Below, piece by piece: positions 62,609 to 64,000 of a DNA stretch of 64,000 bases. Below the pieces are notes generated by a model, which was given only the letters and a program-made list of their open reading frames with translations, was not told the DNA's origin and ran no database searches. Origin of the DNA: Takakia lepidozioides (lineage: Eukaryota; Plantae; Bryophyta); assembly GCA_030704615.1 (NCBI GenBank), contig CM060733.1:70556001-70620000 (forward strand), written 5' to 3'. The translations under genes and the position numbers were made by a program. Every line of letters begins with the position of its first letter. Within the stretch, counting starts at the first letter, position 1.

Positions 62609-63790
62609 TTGTTATTATACAATCTGTCACGATGAGATATCGCCGGGAGCTGGCAAGCTACTTGAAAGCCTGGGGGATGTGGATTATCAAGACCTGGAAC
62701 TGTGTCAACAGCCTATATCTGACGAAGGGGGATTGCCCAGGGCAGAAGGTGGGTTTCAAATACTTTGTTTTTATGCCTTCTCTGTTGAAGTTCCACTGTA
62801 CTGAATGTTATGAAGTCATGTTGTTCGCACTGCCTGAATTGAGTGCTTCAGCGCACTCAGTTATGGCGTTGCATGAGCAATGACTTTGAACCAGTTCCAT
62901 CCGGAATGGGTCTGCACTCCCACCCAAATGTGCTATGAAACATTCATCAGTAATTATTGTCCTCTTCATCGCAGACCCGTCTATTTGAGCCCGTCTGTCT
63001 CGTGAGGGTAGATCCACTGTCGACTCCCACCACAGTGGTGGAGTTCGAGCTTCATGGGGGAGGATGTTTCATAAACGAGAGGTTCGATCCTGTCGTCGAC
63101 GACATGCACTACAACTATGTCGACTCCAACGTATGTTTGCAAAAGCCAAATGGAACGCCTTGGAGAGGGGCCCGTGAAAAAAACCCGGTTTTTATCCAAA
63201 CGATCATTGAGAGTTGTTCTCGACCAGGGGCCCGCATCATAGATCTCACTCTCGGCACATGTTTCTCTTCTTGCCTTTGTCATCGATTTCTTTTCTTCTG
63301 CATCTTCTTTACTCAATATTCTAAAACTCTAATTCCTTCAATCTGTCTCTTGCAGACGCTTCTTACCATGCTTGCAAGGCAGGTGGCAGGCACTTGTTTG
63401 GGATGGAAGGAGATGCAGATATTTTCACTGGCCTCCTCGCCGAGTTGCAAGGGGGCGCGTCTACCTCCAATGTCAAGGATGTCACTGCGCAAATTGATAT
63501 CCTCGATGGAGACGACAAGGACTTGGACAATGACTTTTCATGTGAGTAAGTTCATTTTCTATCTATTTGATCCCTGTGTATATGCTCTGTCGCGTCCCCT
63601 TCTGTTGTCTGATTGTTACCCAAATGGTGCATTTCTGATTGTAGGAATGTGAGCGCACTCCCGTGGCCCCTGTCTTCCATATACTTGAGGGACTTGTGTT
63701 GGAGCCCACCTCCTAATTATGTCCTTCCTGATTACGCGGAAGGCATTGCTCATGTGCAAGCAGCTGTGCTTTCTCCCCTACCCTTGCATG
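62609..63790 (+). pseudogene. Spliced beta-class N4-C/N6-A methyltransferase-like gene, copy 2 (5'-truncated)
   Basis: Introns 62749-62974 and 63261-63355 are at the same positions as in copy 1. WNCVNSLYL; GTPWRGAREKNPVFIQTIIESCSRPGARIIDLTLGT.ASYHACKAGGRHLFGMEGD. Confidence 0.72.
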
Positions 63791-64000
63791 GAGTTCCAGG
63801 AAGACGCTCAGGCACCTCCGCGCAAAGGTCTTCATAGATGATAGTGCAGCAGTTTCAGGTGGTAGTAGTACTTCTAGCAATTCAGCAGATTCAGGTGGTA
63901 GCAGTAGCAGTGTTGACACCACCTACGGATGTACTCAAGGGCATTCATTTATGGAACATGAGGGGACACACTCTCCGTTTTCCGTTGCACCACCATTTCT

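Overview
This is eukaryotic nuclear DNA, almost certainly from a land plant and probably a seed-free one (PLS/E+ PPR fragments, spliceosomal GT-AG introns, chromovirus). The window is a nest of decayed transposons with one 500-N scaffold gap, and I see no intact host gene. Main contents: (1) two copies of a Ty3/gypsy family whose pol carries a DNMT3-like C5 cytosine methyltransferase between protease and RT; the longer copy also has a PHD finger after the integrase. (2) Two diverged copies of a spliced gene for a beta-class (N4-C/N6-A type) amino-methyltransferase-like protein with conserved intron positions. (3) A 7.6 kb Pack-CACTA-like element filled with PPR, LINE and exon fragments that splits an intronless kinase ORF. 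(4) A small CACTA inside the gypsy integrase. (5) Two Helitron types, one with a helicase-Ulp1 peptidase fusion. (6) MULE-SWIM transposase remnants. (7) A chromovirus. (8) An LTR family with a long extra coiled-coil ORF before its PPT. (9) Scrambled tandem PPR arrays. (10) A structured tandem array with tRNA T-arm-like motifs. All protein family calls come from motif recognition by eye, not database searches.
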